Shown one piece after another: positions 19,292 through 28,857 of a DNA stretch of 64,000 nucleotides (position 1 is the first letter of the stretch; each line of letters begins with the position of its first letter). A program made the position numbers and the translations under genes. The notes under the pieces were generated by a model. It had not been told where the DNA came from and ran no database searches. It was given only the letters and a program-made list of their open reading frames with translations. Source of the DNA: a virus; IMG/VR virus record IMGVR_UViG_3300035698_012504, positions 58,694-122,693 of that record; one strand, given 5' to 3'.

Positions 19292-19582
19292 ATGGCTGAA
19301 GGGAAAGATGGAAAATACACAATAGAATTTGACTTATCAAAAGTACTTAATAATCTTGGACTATCATGTTTGTTAGTATTTGGTGGGATGACATTCGTAA
19401 TAACAGTAGCCGCCCTCGCGGGAATGACTTTAACTGTCATCGGTCTTTGTTTTTACATGATGTATATGACTGCTCCTTGGATGATTTGGGTACTACTTGG
19501 ATTAATGGGGGTCATGTTTATAGTATTTATACTCCTTAGTTTTAATGTTATAGATCCTGACAGATTAAGGAAGTGGTTATGA
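19292..19582 (+). CDS. membrane protein
   Basis: ORF with multiple TM helices. Confidence 0.4.
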   Translation: MAEGKDGKYTIEFDLSKVLNNLGLSCLLVFGGMTFVITVAALAGMTLTVIGLCFYMMYMTAPWMIWVLLGLMGVMFIVFILLSFNVIDPDRLRKWL

Positions 19583-19854
19583 AAATTGAGATCGATAGGG
19601 ATAAGTTAGACACTGCTACTAGAGAATCATTTGAATTTTTAGTCAAATTATTCTTGTTTTTACTTATTGGGGGATTAATGGTATTGGGAGTAGTTTGTGG
19701 AATAATTATGACTATTATAACCTGTCCATGGATGCTTATTGTTGTAGGATGCGTATTAACTGTATTTGGAATTTTGGTGTTTGTGAATTATAATTACGAA
19801 TTAACATGGATTAAAGGTATAATGAATAAATGGTTTGATATTATAGACGGTTGA
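19573..19854 (+). CDS. membrane protein
   Basis: ORF with TM helices. Confidence 0.4.
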   Translation: MVMKIEIDRDKLDTATRESFEFLVKLFLFLLIGGLMVLGVVCGIIMTIITCPWMLIVVGCVLTVFGILVFVNYNYELTWIKGIMNKWFDIIDG

Positions 19855-19860
19855 TTGATC

Positions 19861-19954
19861 GGAGGAGTGGCAGAGTGGATTATTGCGACGGTTTGCTAAA
19901 CCGTTGGGGGCTGAAAGACGTCCTCCATAGGTTCGAATCCTATCTCCTCCGCCA
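19861..19954 (+). tRNA. tRNA-Ser (anticodon GCT)
   Basis: Acceptor GGAGGAG/CTCCTCC; anticodon stem ACGGT/ACCGT with loop TTGCTAA; long variable arm; T-arm ATAGG-TTCGAAT-CCTAT; GCCA end. Confidence 0.7.
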
Positions 19955-19965
19955 TTTTTAAATAT

Positions 19966-20042
19966 GGGCGGGTGCGCAAACTGGCAAAGCGGCTAGATTT
20001 AGAATCTGGTGTCTGAGGGTTCGACTCCCTCCCCGCCTACCA
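19966..20042 (+). tRNA. tRNA with anticodon TAG (Leu-type), atypical short variable arm
   Basis: Acceptor GGGCGGG/CCCGCCT (G1-U72); anticodon stem CTAGA/TCTGG with loop TTTAGAA; variable loop only 5 nt; T-arm GAGGG-TTCGACT-CCCTC; A73 then CCA. Confidence 0.5.
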
Positions 20043-20570
20043 TTTCTAATATAGAGTATGCATTTTTTATAAAATCTCTAGCTATAGTTTTTCCACCACA
20101 AATAACTCTAACTAAAGGAGTTTTTCGACCGGCTTCTATATACTGAGAAGCATTTGGATATAATTTTAAAAGATGATCACATTCCTCTTTAGAATTAGAC
20201 ATTATTACTAGTCTATATTTATTGACTTTATATACATTGGTTAAACAATTAGTAAATAAATCTATCAAATTTGGATCTGTGTTACAAAACTGTAACATAT
20301 CAGTTTTCTCAGTATGCCAACCCTCACATAAATATGCAACATGAGCAGCTATAGACGATGGTATCATATATTCCCCCTTAATAGGATTAGTGTGTGATCT
20401 ACGAGGGATATAATTATATTCTGATGCAGACCTCATAGGAATATTATATACTTTTAAGTATTTCCTAATTGTTTTATGATCACATTCTAACAATTTTCCT
20501 ATCTCATACGGATTTAATTCTTTATTTAAATATAGATCTCTAAGTTCATTTTCATTAAGATTTTTCATAA
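19999..20570 (-). CDS. HTH DNA-binding protein, possibly a free-standing homing-endonuclease-like gene
   Basis: One of very few minus-strand genes. N-terminal HTH-like segment (LNPYEIGKLLECDHKTIRKYL). Sits beside the tRNA pair with its own copy of the promoter motif. Its 3' end overlaps the tRNA at 19966-20042 on the opposite strand. Confidence 0.35.
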
Positions 20571-20610
20571 TTTTATCTCCAAGGGCGTAGTGCAGGACAA
20601 GCGTGCCTAC

Positions 20611-20635
20611 CAGTTTATAGTTTGTCCTCAAAAAC
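20611..20635 (-). promoter_or_regulatory. promoter-like motif on the minus strand (TTTTTGAGGACAAACTATAAACTG)
   Basis: Reverse complement of 20611-20635 matches the TGAGGACAAAyTwTAAA consensus about 40 nt upstream of the minus-strand ATG at 20570. Confidence 0.45.
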
Positions 20636-20659
20636 AACGAACAAAGAAAGGGTATAACC

Positions 20660-21037
20660 ATGCCAGAGCCAGTAGTCGAAGTCGTAGACACACTCAAAGA
20701 AAGAGTTGCCGCAGAAATTGGATCACAAGACATTATTGCATCAGTTGTATTACTTGAAGTTGAAAAAGAAAAAGCAAGACGAATTCAAATAATGACGGAT
20801 GGTTATCGATTGGTACTTGGTTTGGATGCCGAATTCGAAACCAAGTTGAGAAGTCCAGACGTGAAAACATTCGACAGTGGCGGTGCAGATGTTTCCAACG
20901 CCTACTCAGAGAAGAAAAACGCGAAACGGAAGAAGAATAGAGAACGCGTTTCCAAACTCAGAGATCTTATCAACAAAGCCGCAGCCGAGAAGACAATGGA
21001 CGCTTACGAGAAACTCGAAAAAGCTACAAAGCAATAA
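20660..21037 (+). CDS. hypothetical protein (local GC-rich patch)
   Basis: ORF. Confidence 0.4.
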   Translation: MPEPVVEVVDTLKERVAAEIGSQDIIASVVLLEVEKEKARRIQIMTDGYRLVLGLDAEFETKLRSPDVKTFDSGGADVSNAYSEKKNAKRKKNRERVSKLRDLINKAAAEKTMDAYEKLEKATKQ

Positions 21038-21038
21038 C

Positions 21039-21392
21039 ATGAATGATGTATGCTGTCATATACGAGATAGAGTGGAGAGGGAGCTAATACGAGATAGTGA
21101 TGACGTACATACTGCAGTATTTGAAGAAGTGTTTCATCTTATGAGAAAAAAAGTACAGAGAGGGGAATTAACTTTTGGAACTGGATTTGAATCAGCATTG
21201 AATGAGTATGTCCGTGCCAAAGTAGAACTTCATCGTAAAATAAAATTTGGTAGAAGGCAAACAGAAGATTGCTATGATGATTTTGAGATGGATCCATTTG
21301 CATGTAGATCGGCGTGGAGAAGCATGCAGTATCTTAAAGAATTAGTAAATACCTTTCGTAATAAAAAGAATCAAGAATTAAAGAGGTTATAA
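21039..21392 (+). CDS. hypothetical protein
   Basis: Track ORF 20877-21392 trimmed to the internal ATG right after the upstream stop. Confidence 0.4.
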   Translation: MNDVCCHIRDRVERELIRDSDDVHTAVFEEVFHLMRKKVQRGELTFGTGFESALNEYVRAKVELHRKIKFGRRQTEDCYDDFEMDPFACRSAWRSMQYLKELVNTFRNKKNQELKRL

Positions 21393-21517
21393 TATGACAT
21401 TATCTATTCAAGATACATTGGAGATTCTTGGTGCGGAAATCCCAGACGTACCAAGTACAGATCAATTGATAGCGTTTAAGCTAGCAGTAGAATGTGTGTT
21501 AAATAAAACCGAGGAGA

Positions 21518-21943
21518 ATGAAAGTGGGAATTGAATTTACATCTGAGTTGATCGGTATGGCCGATGATGATCTTTATGTGAAAGCAGTAAATGAAGATTT
21601 TGAAATTGAATTTTTATTAGACGAAAATGGATATTTAACTATGTATGATTTCCAGTATCCAGTACAAGACTGTGAATTTGAAAGATTACTTCTATTTATG
21701 GACGAATTAATTCTAGGATTGGATAGATATATGGAGACAAATGTATGCGTTAGACCAGAATATAAAGATGTAGTAGCTACATATATTGCAAGAAAGAAAA
21801 GAGAATCATCTGGTGTAATTGATATGACTGATAGTGAAGTTGAACTAGATGATAAAGAAGGTATGACTGATTATCAATTAGCATTGAGTGCAAGTGAAGA
21901 CGAACTAGTTGTTGAGGAAGAATTAACATTACGTAAGGTATAG
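21518..21943 (+). CDS. hypothetical acidic protein
   Basis: ORF with GAGGAG RBS. Confidence 0.4.
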   Translation: MKVGIEFTSELIGMADDDLYVKAVNEDFEIEFLLDENGYLTMYDFQYPVQDCEFERLLLFMDELILGLDRYMETNVCVRPEYKDVVATYIARKKRESSGVIDMTDSEVELDDKEGMTDYQLALSASEDELVVEEELTLRKV

Positions 21944-21950
21944 AATCACG

Positions 21951-22655
21951 ATGGGACACGTAGTAGAGATACATGATGCAAAAATAGAAGACGGATCTAA
22001 GTGGTTTAAATTATCATTATTGAGGAGTACTAAAGGTATGTCCGAAAAATTTAATTTCTCAATACCTTCGAGCAATTTTACAAAGCCCAGAGAACACAGA
22101 TATCTACAAATTTCATTAGATCCAAAAGGAAAGTTATTAAATTTTGGAATTCGCTGGTCGGGTTCAAGTTGGACTGAATGGAATATGATTAGACTTTTTA
22201 TAAATAAATCAATCTCAGTATTAGATGCGGAAGCTAGAAAAGATAGAATACTTTTAGAAGATGTTCCATTTGATAGTGACATGAACTTTGAATTTCAATA
22301 TCCATTAGTTACAGGTGGATTATATTATCCCGACTTCTATTGTACTATACCAGTAAAGAAATATAGTGATTTATTTATAACACGAAAAAAAGATGATAGT
22401 ATGTTTACAGACCCTTCTATGGGAGTATATAATGTGGAGAGTATTTGCGATCAATATAATAGTACTACACCTGGAGCTATGCAAATATTTAATTGTTTTC
22501 ATGATGTAATGAGAAATGAGAAGACAGTAAATATACACTCTGTACAATGTAGTAAACTAATATCATTGTATCACGCTGCCGCACTAGCTAAATCTGCAAC
22601 TTCTAGAGTTCGGGAACAGTGTGAGGCGAAAGACAAAAATTGGATTCCTGAATGA
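21951..22655 (+). CDS. hypothetical protein
   Basis: ORF. Confidence 0.45.
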   Translation: MGHVVEIHDAKIEDGSKWFKLSLLRSTKGMSEKFNFSIPSSNFTKPREHRYLQISLDPKGKLLNFGIRWSGSSWTEWNMIRLFINKSISVLDAEARKDRILLEDVPFDSDMNFEFQYPLVTGGLYYPDFYCTIPVKKYSDLFITRKKDDSMFTDPSMGVYNVESICDQYNSTTPGAMQIFNCFHDVMRNEKTVNIHSVQCSKLISLYHAAALAKSATSRVREQCEAKDKNWIPE

Positions 22656-23029
22656 GTGATACAAATAGACACCCTATGATTAAAGTACGTTCTAATGAAA
22701 ATATTGTAATAAATGCTCCAACGTATACATATACTATTCATAAACCATATAGTGGGATGGATCATAGAGATACAGTTCGATATGTAATTAGAGCCTGTAA
22801 AACTGGCCAAACAAGAGAAATACCAATAAAACTAAAATGTGATTTACGATTTCATTGCAAAAAGAAAGCGGGAATAATTGCTCTTGCGCACCTCGATATA
22901 CGGGTAAATAATTGGAAACATTATGAAATTATTATAGATGCTGTAAGTGAAATATTTAAAGATGTAGAAAAGAGATTTATTCGAGCGTATAGAAAGTTAC
23001 CAATAGATGTGTTGATGAAAGTGGAGTAG
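22652..23029 (+). CDS. hypothetical protein
   Basis: ORF with ATGA overlap. Confidence 0.4.
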   Translation: MSDTNRHPMIKVRSNENIVINAPTYTYTIHKPYSGMDHRDTVRYVIRACKTGQTREIPIKLKCDLRFHCKKKAGIIALAHLDIRVNNWKHYEIIIDAVSEIFKDVEKRFIRAYRKLPIDVLMKVE

Positions 23030-23076
23030 AATATACATTTAAAGAGAGAAAGGGATATTATTATGCAAGAGAGAGG

Positions 23077-23493
23077 ATGACTAAGAAACACTCTAATTTT
23101 ATAGTAAATAGTCTAAGCCCATCTGGAAAAACCACTAGAACAATATGTAATTTTGAATTGTTTGTTGAAAAGAATAAGATATCAAATATATATTACTATA
23201 GTTATAATGCGAAAATTCCATTAGGAAAGATGCGGTCAATTATTAATGCTGTAATAAGATCTAAAAAAGATTTTTATATTGCTCTAGGTTGGAGTATAGG
23301 TACTACTGGATATTTAATAAAGTATAAAAAACCTACTAAGAGAAAAGTAGTTGCCAAGATGAAAATAAAACCTGCCAAAAAGAAGGCATCCCCAAAGAAG
23401 GTAGCAGCTAAAAAGAAAACTACAACTACTATACGAAAGCGTGCTCCAAAGAAGAGGGCGGTAGCGAAAAGAAAAGCGACCTCTAGGAGATAA
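23077..23493 (+). CDS. histone-H1-like basic DNA-binding protein
   Basis: C-terminal Lys/Ala/Pro-rich tail (KKKASPKKVAAKKKTTTTIRKRAPKKRAVAKRKA). Confidence 0.4.
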   Translation: MTKKHSNFIVNSLSPSGKTTRTICNFELFVEKNKISNIYYYSYNAKIPLGKMRSIINAVIRSKKDFYIALGWSIGTTGYLIKYKKPTKRKVVAKMKIKPAKKKASPKKVAAKKKTTTTIRKRAPKKRAVAKRKATSRR

Positions 23494-23501
23494 TATCATG
23501 T

Positions 23502-23578
23502 GGGCCTGTAACTCAGCTGGCTAGAGTGCCATCTTTACACGGTGGAAGTCGAAGGTTCGAGCCCTTCCAGGCCCACCA
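23502..23578 (+). tRNA. tRNA-Val (anticodon TAC)
   Basis: Acceptor GGGCCTG/CAGGCCC; D-arm ACTC-AGCTGGCTA-GAGT; anticodon stem CCATC/GGTGG with loop TTTACAC; T-arm GAAGG-TTCGAGC-CCTTC; ACCA end. Confidence 0.75.
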
Positions 23579-23602
23579 TATAATATAAAGGAAGATATTT
23601 AA

Positions 23603-23785
23603 ATGCATAAAAGTTGGCAAGAAGCAATAGATGCAATGAGAAAAATGAACTTATTTAGGGGTCATAATGCAAGTGAACGAAAAGTATGCGAATTTTTCCA
23701 AGAACAAGCAGACTTGCAGGAAATGTCAGAAGGTAAAGAGATTCCATTAATTAGAAAAGAAAAGGAGTTTAATGAACCAAAATAA
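23603..23785 (+). CDS. hypothetical small protein
   Basis: ORF. Confidence 0.3.
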   Translation: MHKSWQEAIDAMRKMNLFRGHNASERKVCEFFQEQADLQEMSEGKEIPLIRKEKEFNEPK

Positions 23786-25463
23786 ATTTTGTGTTTATAT
23801 GCTTGAAATTAAAGGTGTAGATGATCCAAAAAATGATAAATATTATGTAAAAATAGGATATACTACTAATCTAGAAGAGAGGATTAAAAATTTAACATCA
23901 ACGAAAAAACGTGAATTTTATGAAATCCATCATATTGATTATAATACTACTAAGAAACCAGAAGATATAGAGAAAGAAGTACAAGGAAACTATAGACTTC
24001 ATAAAGGCAAATGTAAAGAAATTGGATCAGATGAAATATATGTAGTAAGTGAAGAAGAAATGGCAGGATTTAAATGTATCCCATTCAATGGAGTTAAACC
24101 ATTATGTATGCGGATTATAGGAAATAAACTTATTTCACATATAATTAATGGAATGTATAAAAATATATTTGAAATATCATTAAAAGATTTTCCTACACAC
24201 TTACCTATAAATAATTGTACATCTTTTAATAATTATAAACAACTAATGAGAGATGCCAATCCAAGAACACAAGATTTAACATCAAAAATATGCAATATTA
24301 TAGATCTTAGCGCGAAAAATGAATTAGAGGATCAAATTAAAAATGATTTTTATAATAAAAATAAGGGTATAGAAGTTTTTGCGCGATATATATTTAAAGT
24401 AAATAAAAATGAATTCAATGTATATTTTCAACCAGGAGTATTTGATGAATTCGGCAAAATAATTGAAGAAAAAGGATTACCACAAGGAATAGGGGATGGT
24501 AGAAACACATCTGGAAAATTATACGACAGAGTTATAGATGATAAAAATACAAATAAAGGCGTATTTGATCCATTTAATACAAATTCTGTTAAATTAACGA
24601 TAAATATATCTAATAATGAACATCAAATAAGTGAGATGGTTAGATGTCTTAATGATTCTGTTTCATTAAAAATTAGATCTATAGAAAATTCTAAAGGTAA
24701 TTATGTTGAATTAAAATCTGAGTTGGATAAATATTCAGATAATGGACAAAGTTTTAAATCATTTATAGGATGGACTGAAAATGATCCAGGTATAATTGTA
24801 GATTTAACATTATTAAAATATTCTATGCTGCTAAATATAGACAATAAATTTTTCCCAAAAGATATATATAACGAGGATGGTACATATGATCGAGTAATTC
24901 AATATTATGGATTATCTTCAGAGGTAATAAAAAATCTAGATGAACAATATAAATCTAAAGTGTATCCGTTATCACCATTTATACTTCTAATTATAGATAA
25001 ATTTAATATAGAATTAGATTTTAATGATGATAAATATTCTGATGGTAATAAAATAAAACTATTATCATATGTCAAATCAATCAAATATGATTCAGCCTCT
25101 AAAAAGATAAAGATTCCAAAAGAGTATGTAAAACCTTTAACATTTTTAAGCATATATTTAAAGAAAAACATAGATGTTAGTAGAGATTCTCTACCTTATA
25201 ATAAAAAACCCATATGGTTTCCAATATTATTTGGAATGAGACATTTTATAAAACAAGAAGAAAAATCTTTTGATTTAATATGTCCATTTGATGAAATATT
25301 AAATATACATATTCCAAAATTGGCACCTATAATTAAAAAGTATTTGCTTAGATCATTAAAAGAGGCAGGATCTGAACGAAATATGGCAATCACAATATCT
25401 ACCTATTCTTCAATCAATCAAAGAATCGCAGAGTATGTAGATGAACATATTAAATCCAAATAA
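23772..25463 (+). CDS. large protein with N-terminal T5orf172 / GIY-YIG-superfamily domain
   Basis: N-terminus CVYMLEI...YYVKIGYTTNLEERIKNL fits the T5orf172 (GIY-YIG-like) pattern; remainder uncharacterised. Confidence 0.45.
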   Translation: MNQNKFCVYMLEIKGVDDPKNDKYYVKIGYTTNLEERIKNLTSTKKREFYEIHHIDYNTTKKPEDIEKEVQGNYRLHKGKCKEIGSDEIYVVSEEEMAGFKCIPFNGVKPLCMRIIGNKLISHIINGMYKNIFEISLKDFPTHLPINNCTSFNNYKQLMRDANPRTQDLTSKICNIIDLSAKNELEDQIKNDFYNKNKGIEVFARYIFKVNKNEFNVYFQPGVFDEFGKIIEEKGLPQGIGDGRNTSGKLYDRVIDDKNTNKGVFDPFNTNSVKLTINISNNEHQISEMVRCLNDSVSLKIRSIENSKGNYVELKSELDKYSDNGQSFKSFIGWTENDPGIIVDLTLLKYSMLLNIDNKFFPKDIYNEDGTYDRVIQYYGLSSEVIKNLDEQYKSKVYPLSPFILLIIDKFNIELDFNDDKYSDGNKIKLLSYVKSIKYDSASKKIKIPKEYVKPLTFLSIYLKKNIDVSRDSLPYNKKPIWFPILFGMRHFIKQEEKSFDLICPFDEILNIHIPKLAPIIKKYLLRSLKEAGSERNMAITISTYSSINQRIAEYVDEHIKSK

Positions 25464-25484
25464 AATGCGGACAAATAATCAAAT

Positions 25485-25563
25485 GGACCTGTAACCCAGT
25501 TGGTTAGAGTGCGTGCCTTATATATGCACGAGGTCGTAGGTTCAAGTCCTACTGGGTCTACCA
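25485..25563 (+). tRNA. degenerate tRNA-like gene, paralog of tRNA-Val, with a 9-nt anticodon loop
   Basis: Same scaffold as 23502-23578. Acceptor has three G-U pairs (GGACCTG/TGGGTCT). Anticodon stem CGTGC/GCACG encloses CTTATATAT. T-arm GTAGG-TTCAAGT-CCTAC; ACCA end. Confidence 0.4.
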
Positions 25564-25564
25564 T

Positions 25565-25640
25565 GGGACCATAGCTTAATTGGGAAAGCGACACCCTTGC
25601 AAGGTGTTATATTCCGATTCGACTTCGGATGGTTCCACCA
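25565..25640 (+). tRNA. tRNA-Ala (anticodon TGC)
   Basis: Acceptor GGGACCA/TGGTTCC including the G3-U70 Ala identity pair; anticodon stem ACACC/GGTGT with loop CTTGCAA; T-arm TCCGA-TTCGACT-TCGGA; ACCA end. Confidence 0.75.
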
Positions 25641-25666
25641 ATTATTTAATTTAAGGTATATGATAT

Positions 25667-26350
25667 ATGAAAAGTATTACGCTAAAATGTACCACGTGTG
25701 GAAAAGAATTTAAAAGAAATATTAATAATTATAAATATAATTTAAAGAAAAAATATAATTCATTTTGTTCACAAGAATGTAGTAATTTGGCAAAGTCTAC
25801 AACAGTTACAGTATTTTGTGAAATTTGCAATAAACAACTATTAAGACAACAATCTAGAATAAAAAAGAATAAATCAGGAAAGAGTTTTTGTTCAAATAAA
25901 TGTGCATCAATTTATAATAATAAAATAAGAGCAAATAATAAAAAATCTATTATGACCATTTGTGTCAATTGTGGAAAAGAAATAAAAAACATAACCAAAT
26001 ATAAAAGAAAATTTTGCGATGTTAATTGCCAGAACGAACACGAACATTCTACGTACATTGCCAGATGGAAAAATGGTGATGAACATGGATATTATAATGG
26101 TGGAAACTGTGGTCTTAATATAAAAATAAGAAGATATATCTTTAATAAATATGATAACAAATGCCATAAATGTGGATGGTGCGATGTTAATCCAACCTCT
26201 AGAAAAATACCATTAACAATAAACCATATAGATGGTAAAGCAAAAAATTGCAAAGAAGAAAATTTAGAATTGATCTGCCCTAATTGTCATTCATTGACAC
26301 CAAATTATGGGAGTTTAAACGAAAATTCAGATAGAAATAGAAAGGATTAG
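25667..26350 (+). CDS. HNH homing endonuclease, paralog of 8973
   Basis: Zn-finger repeats (FCSQECS, FCSNKCASIYNN) and HNH box NHIDGKAKN...CPNCHSLTPNYG. Confidence 0.8.
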   Translation: MKSITLKCTTCGKEFKRNINNYKYNLKKKYNSFCSQECSNLAKSTTVTVFCEICNKQLLRQQSRIKKNKSGKSFCSNKCASIYNNKIRANNKKSIMTICVNCGKEIKNITKYKRKFCDVNCQNEHEHSTYIARWKNGDEHGYYNGGNCGLNIKIRRYIFNKYDNKCHKCGWCDVNPTSRKIPLTINHIDGKAKNCKEENLELICPNCHSLTPNYGSLNENSDRNRKD

Positions 26351-26355
26351 ATTAC

Positions 26356-27165
26356 GTGAGTGATAATAATTACGGAGGTTCAGAAGTACAGAATGATTTA
26401 GCTGTTTTATTTACCGATTTTATTGGTAATAATATGGAACATAATAATTATATGATTACAACTAGACAATTATATGATAAATGCGAAGAACTTACTGAAT
26501 TTAAAACTACATTATCAAAGAATAGCGGATCGTACGGAACAGATGGGAAATTAACACAAGATGGTAAAGATACTATAAGATATGCTATAAATCAAGCAAA
26601 AATGAAATTTCATTGGATGTATAGAAAAGGTAAGGAAATGGAAAATGGGGAACCCGTTCCTAAAGGTTGTTATGTTTTAACAGATACTGGAAAACAAAGA
26701 GCTAAAAATAGATTAAATAGTATTATCAATAATTCTCAATCTGTAGATCTACAATCAATATTAGATTATACTGTTAAAGAAGAAGGTAAAAAAGAATTTA
26801 AATTAAAGGCAGATAGAAAGAGAGCTGCTGTATTAAGAGCAAAAAGAATATTATACTTAGAAGCTATAACAAATGGACATATCTGTTGTGAGTGGTGCGA
26901 AGCAGATGCACATAAACATGCTACATTAGATATAAATTTACCATTTAATAGATTAGAAAATCATCATATCGAAGAGATTGCAGGCCGACCAGACGAAGGA
27001 TCGGATTGTAAAGTAGAAGATTGTAGACTTATTTGTAATGATTGTCATAAATTATATGATGACCTAACAGATGAACAAAAGTCGAGAGTCGTAGCAGCAG
27101 AATCAATGGAAGTAGTTAGGGATGAGATGAATGCTCTAGCACAAGCACAAGGAGAAGCAGCATAG
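26356..27165 (+). CDS. HNH endonuclease, distinct family
   Basis: CEWCEADAH...LENHHIEEI...CNDCHKLY HNH core. Confidence 0.6.
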   Translation: MSDNNYGGSEVQNDLAVLFTDFIGNNMEHNNYMITTRQLYDKCEELTEFKTTLSKNSGSYGTDGKLTQDGKDTIRYAINQAKMKFHWMYRKGKEMENGEPVPKGCYVLTDTGKQRAKNRLNSIINNSQSVDLQSILDYTVKEEGKKEFKLKADRKRAAVLRAKRILYLEAITNGHICCEWCEADAHKHATLDINLPFNRLENHHIEEIAGRPDEGSDCKVEDCRLICNDCHKLYDDLTDEQKSRVVAAESMEVVRDEMNALAQAQGEAA

Positions 27166-27169
27166 TAAA

Positions 27170-27364
27170 ATGTTTAAAATATTTAAATCAGATAAACGAG
27201 ATGATCAATTATCTAATGAAATTATTGATGATTTAAAAGCCGAGGTTCTCAACTCAACAATGGTTATACAAATTCAAAATGAAGAAATAGAAAGGTTGAA
27301 ATTAAGAATTAGAGAGTTTGAACATCCTGATTTGTGTACATGTAGAAAAGGAGAAGAAAGATGA
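27170..27364 (+). CDS. hypothetical small coiled-coil protein
   Basis: ORF. Confidence 0.3.
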   Translation: MFKIFKSDKRDDQLSNEIIDDLKAEVLNSTMVIQIQNEEIERLKLRIREFEHPDLCTCRKGEER

Positions 27365-27768
27365 AGAAAATGATTATACTGGGATTAACAGTAATTTTAA
27401 TCGCTCTAGTAGTATCGTAGCTACGGTACCTGGAGTTGCAAGCGCATCTATGGATAATGTAGTTGTAGCAGAAGATGTATACTCAGGAGTAGATCTAAGC
27501 GGACTTGAATTGGTAGGTGTTGGTGAAGGTGAGGGAGGAGGCGGTGGAGCAGGCGGAGCTGTTGGTGGAGGTGGTGCCGGTGCAGTAGGTGGTGGTGTTG
27601 GTCCAAGCATTGATGTTGCACAATACTAAGGAGCTGATATGTTAGAGTTGGGTGTGGGTGTCGCTGTATGGATAGTTTCTTTTATAGCAGTTTATACATT
27701 TCTAACCTTACATCATCCTGAGAGAAAAGGTAAAGGGTTGTATCTCACCTGGCAATAGAAAGGACTAT

Positions 27769-28857
27769 ATGAGTAGCTTCGCAGTCGAGGTCAAACGAAT
27801 CGAAGAGATTTGGCCTCATCCAACCGCAGACAAACTTGAACTTGCAAGAGTGGAAGGATTATCTTATACTTGTGTAGTTCAAAAAGATATTCATACAGTT
27901 GGTGATCTGGTAGTGTTCTTTCCAGTTGACTCATTGCTCCCTCTCTCGCTAGTTAAATCATTAAAACTTAATTTCTTAGCTGGGCCTGCCCAAAATAGAG
28001 TTAAGACAGTTAACCTTCGTGGAATATATAGCGAAGGATTGGTTATTCCAATAAATGAGATTCCAGTTAAAATTACTGGTACAGATGTCACTGACTTACT
28101 AGGGGTAGAAAAGTTCGAACCTCCCATCGATGATATACCAGGTGGGGAATTACACCGCCTCCCGGAAGGACTGAGCGCATACAATATAGAAAGTTATGAA
28201 AAGTATCCTGAAGTTATGAAACTAGTACAGGGTATGCAATGCATGGTTACTGAGAAGTTAGAAGGTGTTAACTTATCTGTAACTGTCAGAAGAGATGGAC
28301 CCGATGTGTTTGTTAACCAACATACAAGAACAATAATTGAAATAGAAGAAAATAGTAATCTATATTGGAATGTCGCTCGAAGTAAAAATATAATTAGAAT
28401 AGCACAATATCTTTTAGAACTATTGGCTGGTGTGAAACAAGTCACGATAATTGGTGAACTAGTTGGACCTAGCATTAAAGCTGCCAGATATTATGAATTA
28501 CCAGAAGATGATGTATTTGTATTTGATATAAAAGCAGATGGCAGATTCCTAGATGCGTGGGAAATGTTACATCTATTACAAACTGCTACAAGTTATTTAA
28601 ATGTGAGGAGTATACCTGGCGAATACGTAAAGAATCCTCCAAGACCAAGTGCAGTTCCAATCATATTTACTGGAAATTTATCTGATTGGTTACAAGATAT
28701 GTCAATCACTGAAGCTAGTAATGGTCAAAGTGCACTTGTAAATAAACTACGAGAAGGAATTGTGATCAAACCTTTAGAAGAACATGGTACAAGGTCACTT
28801 GGAAGAGTGATAGTTAAGAAGAGATCCCCAGAGTATCTCATAAAGACAGGAATGTGA
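27769..28857 (+). CDS. RNA ligase with N-terminal tRNA-binding-like OB domain
   Basis: N-terminus VEVKRIEEIWPHPTADKLELARVEG...VVFFPVDSLLP resembles the Myf/EMAP tRNA-binding OB fold. Then motif I VTEKLEGVN (KxxG), motif IV EGIVIKP, motif V VIVKKRSPEY. Confidence 0.55.
   Translation: MSSFAVEVKRIEEIWPHPTADKLELARVEGLSYTCVVQKDIHTVGDLVVFFPVDSLLPLSLVKSLKLNFLAGPAQNRVKTVNLRGIYSEGLVIPINEIPVKITGTDVTDLLGVEKFEPPIDDIPGGELHRLPEGLSAYNIESYEKYPEVMKLVQGMQCMVTEKLEGVNLSVTVRRDGPDVFVNQHTRTIIEIEENSNLYWNVARSKNIIRIAQYLLELLAGVKQVTIIGELVGPSIKAARYYELPEDDVFVFDIKADGRFLDAWEMLHLLQTATSYLNVRSIPGEYVKNPPRPSAVPIIFTGNLSDWLQDMSITEASNGQSALVNKLREGIVIKPLEEHGTRSLGRVIVKKRSPEYLIKTGM

Noticed and set aside
27318-27629. Gly-rich ORF 27318-27629 and its mirror Pro-rich minus ORF 27374-27610.
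   Set aside because: Low-complexity GGT/GGC repeat region, so both frames stay open. The plus frame may hold a short real Gly-rich protein starting near 27452, but there is no motif to support an annotation.
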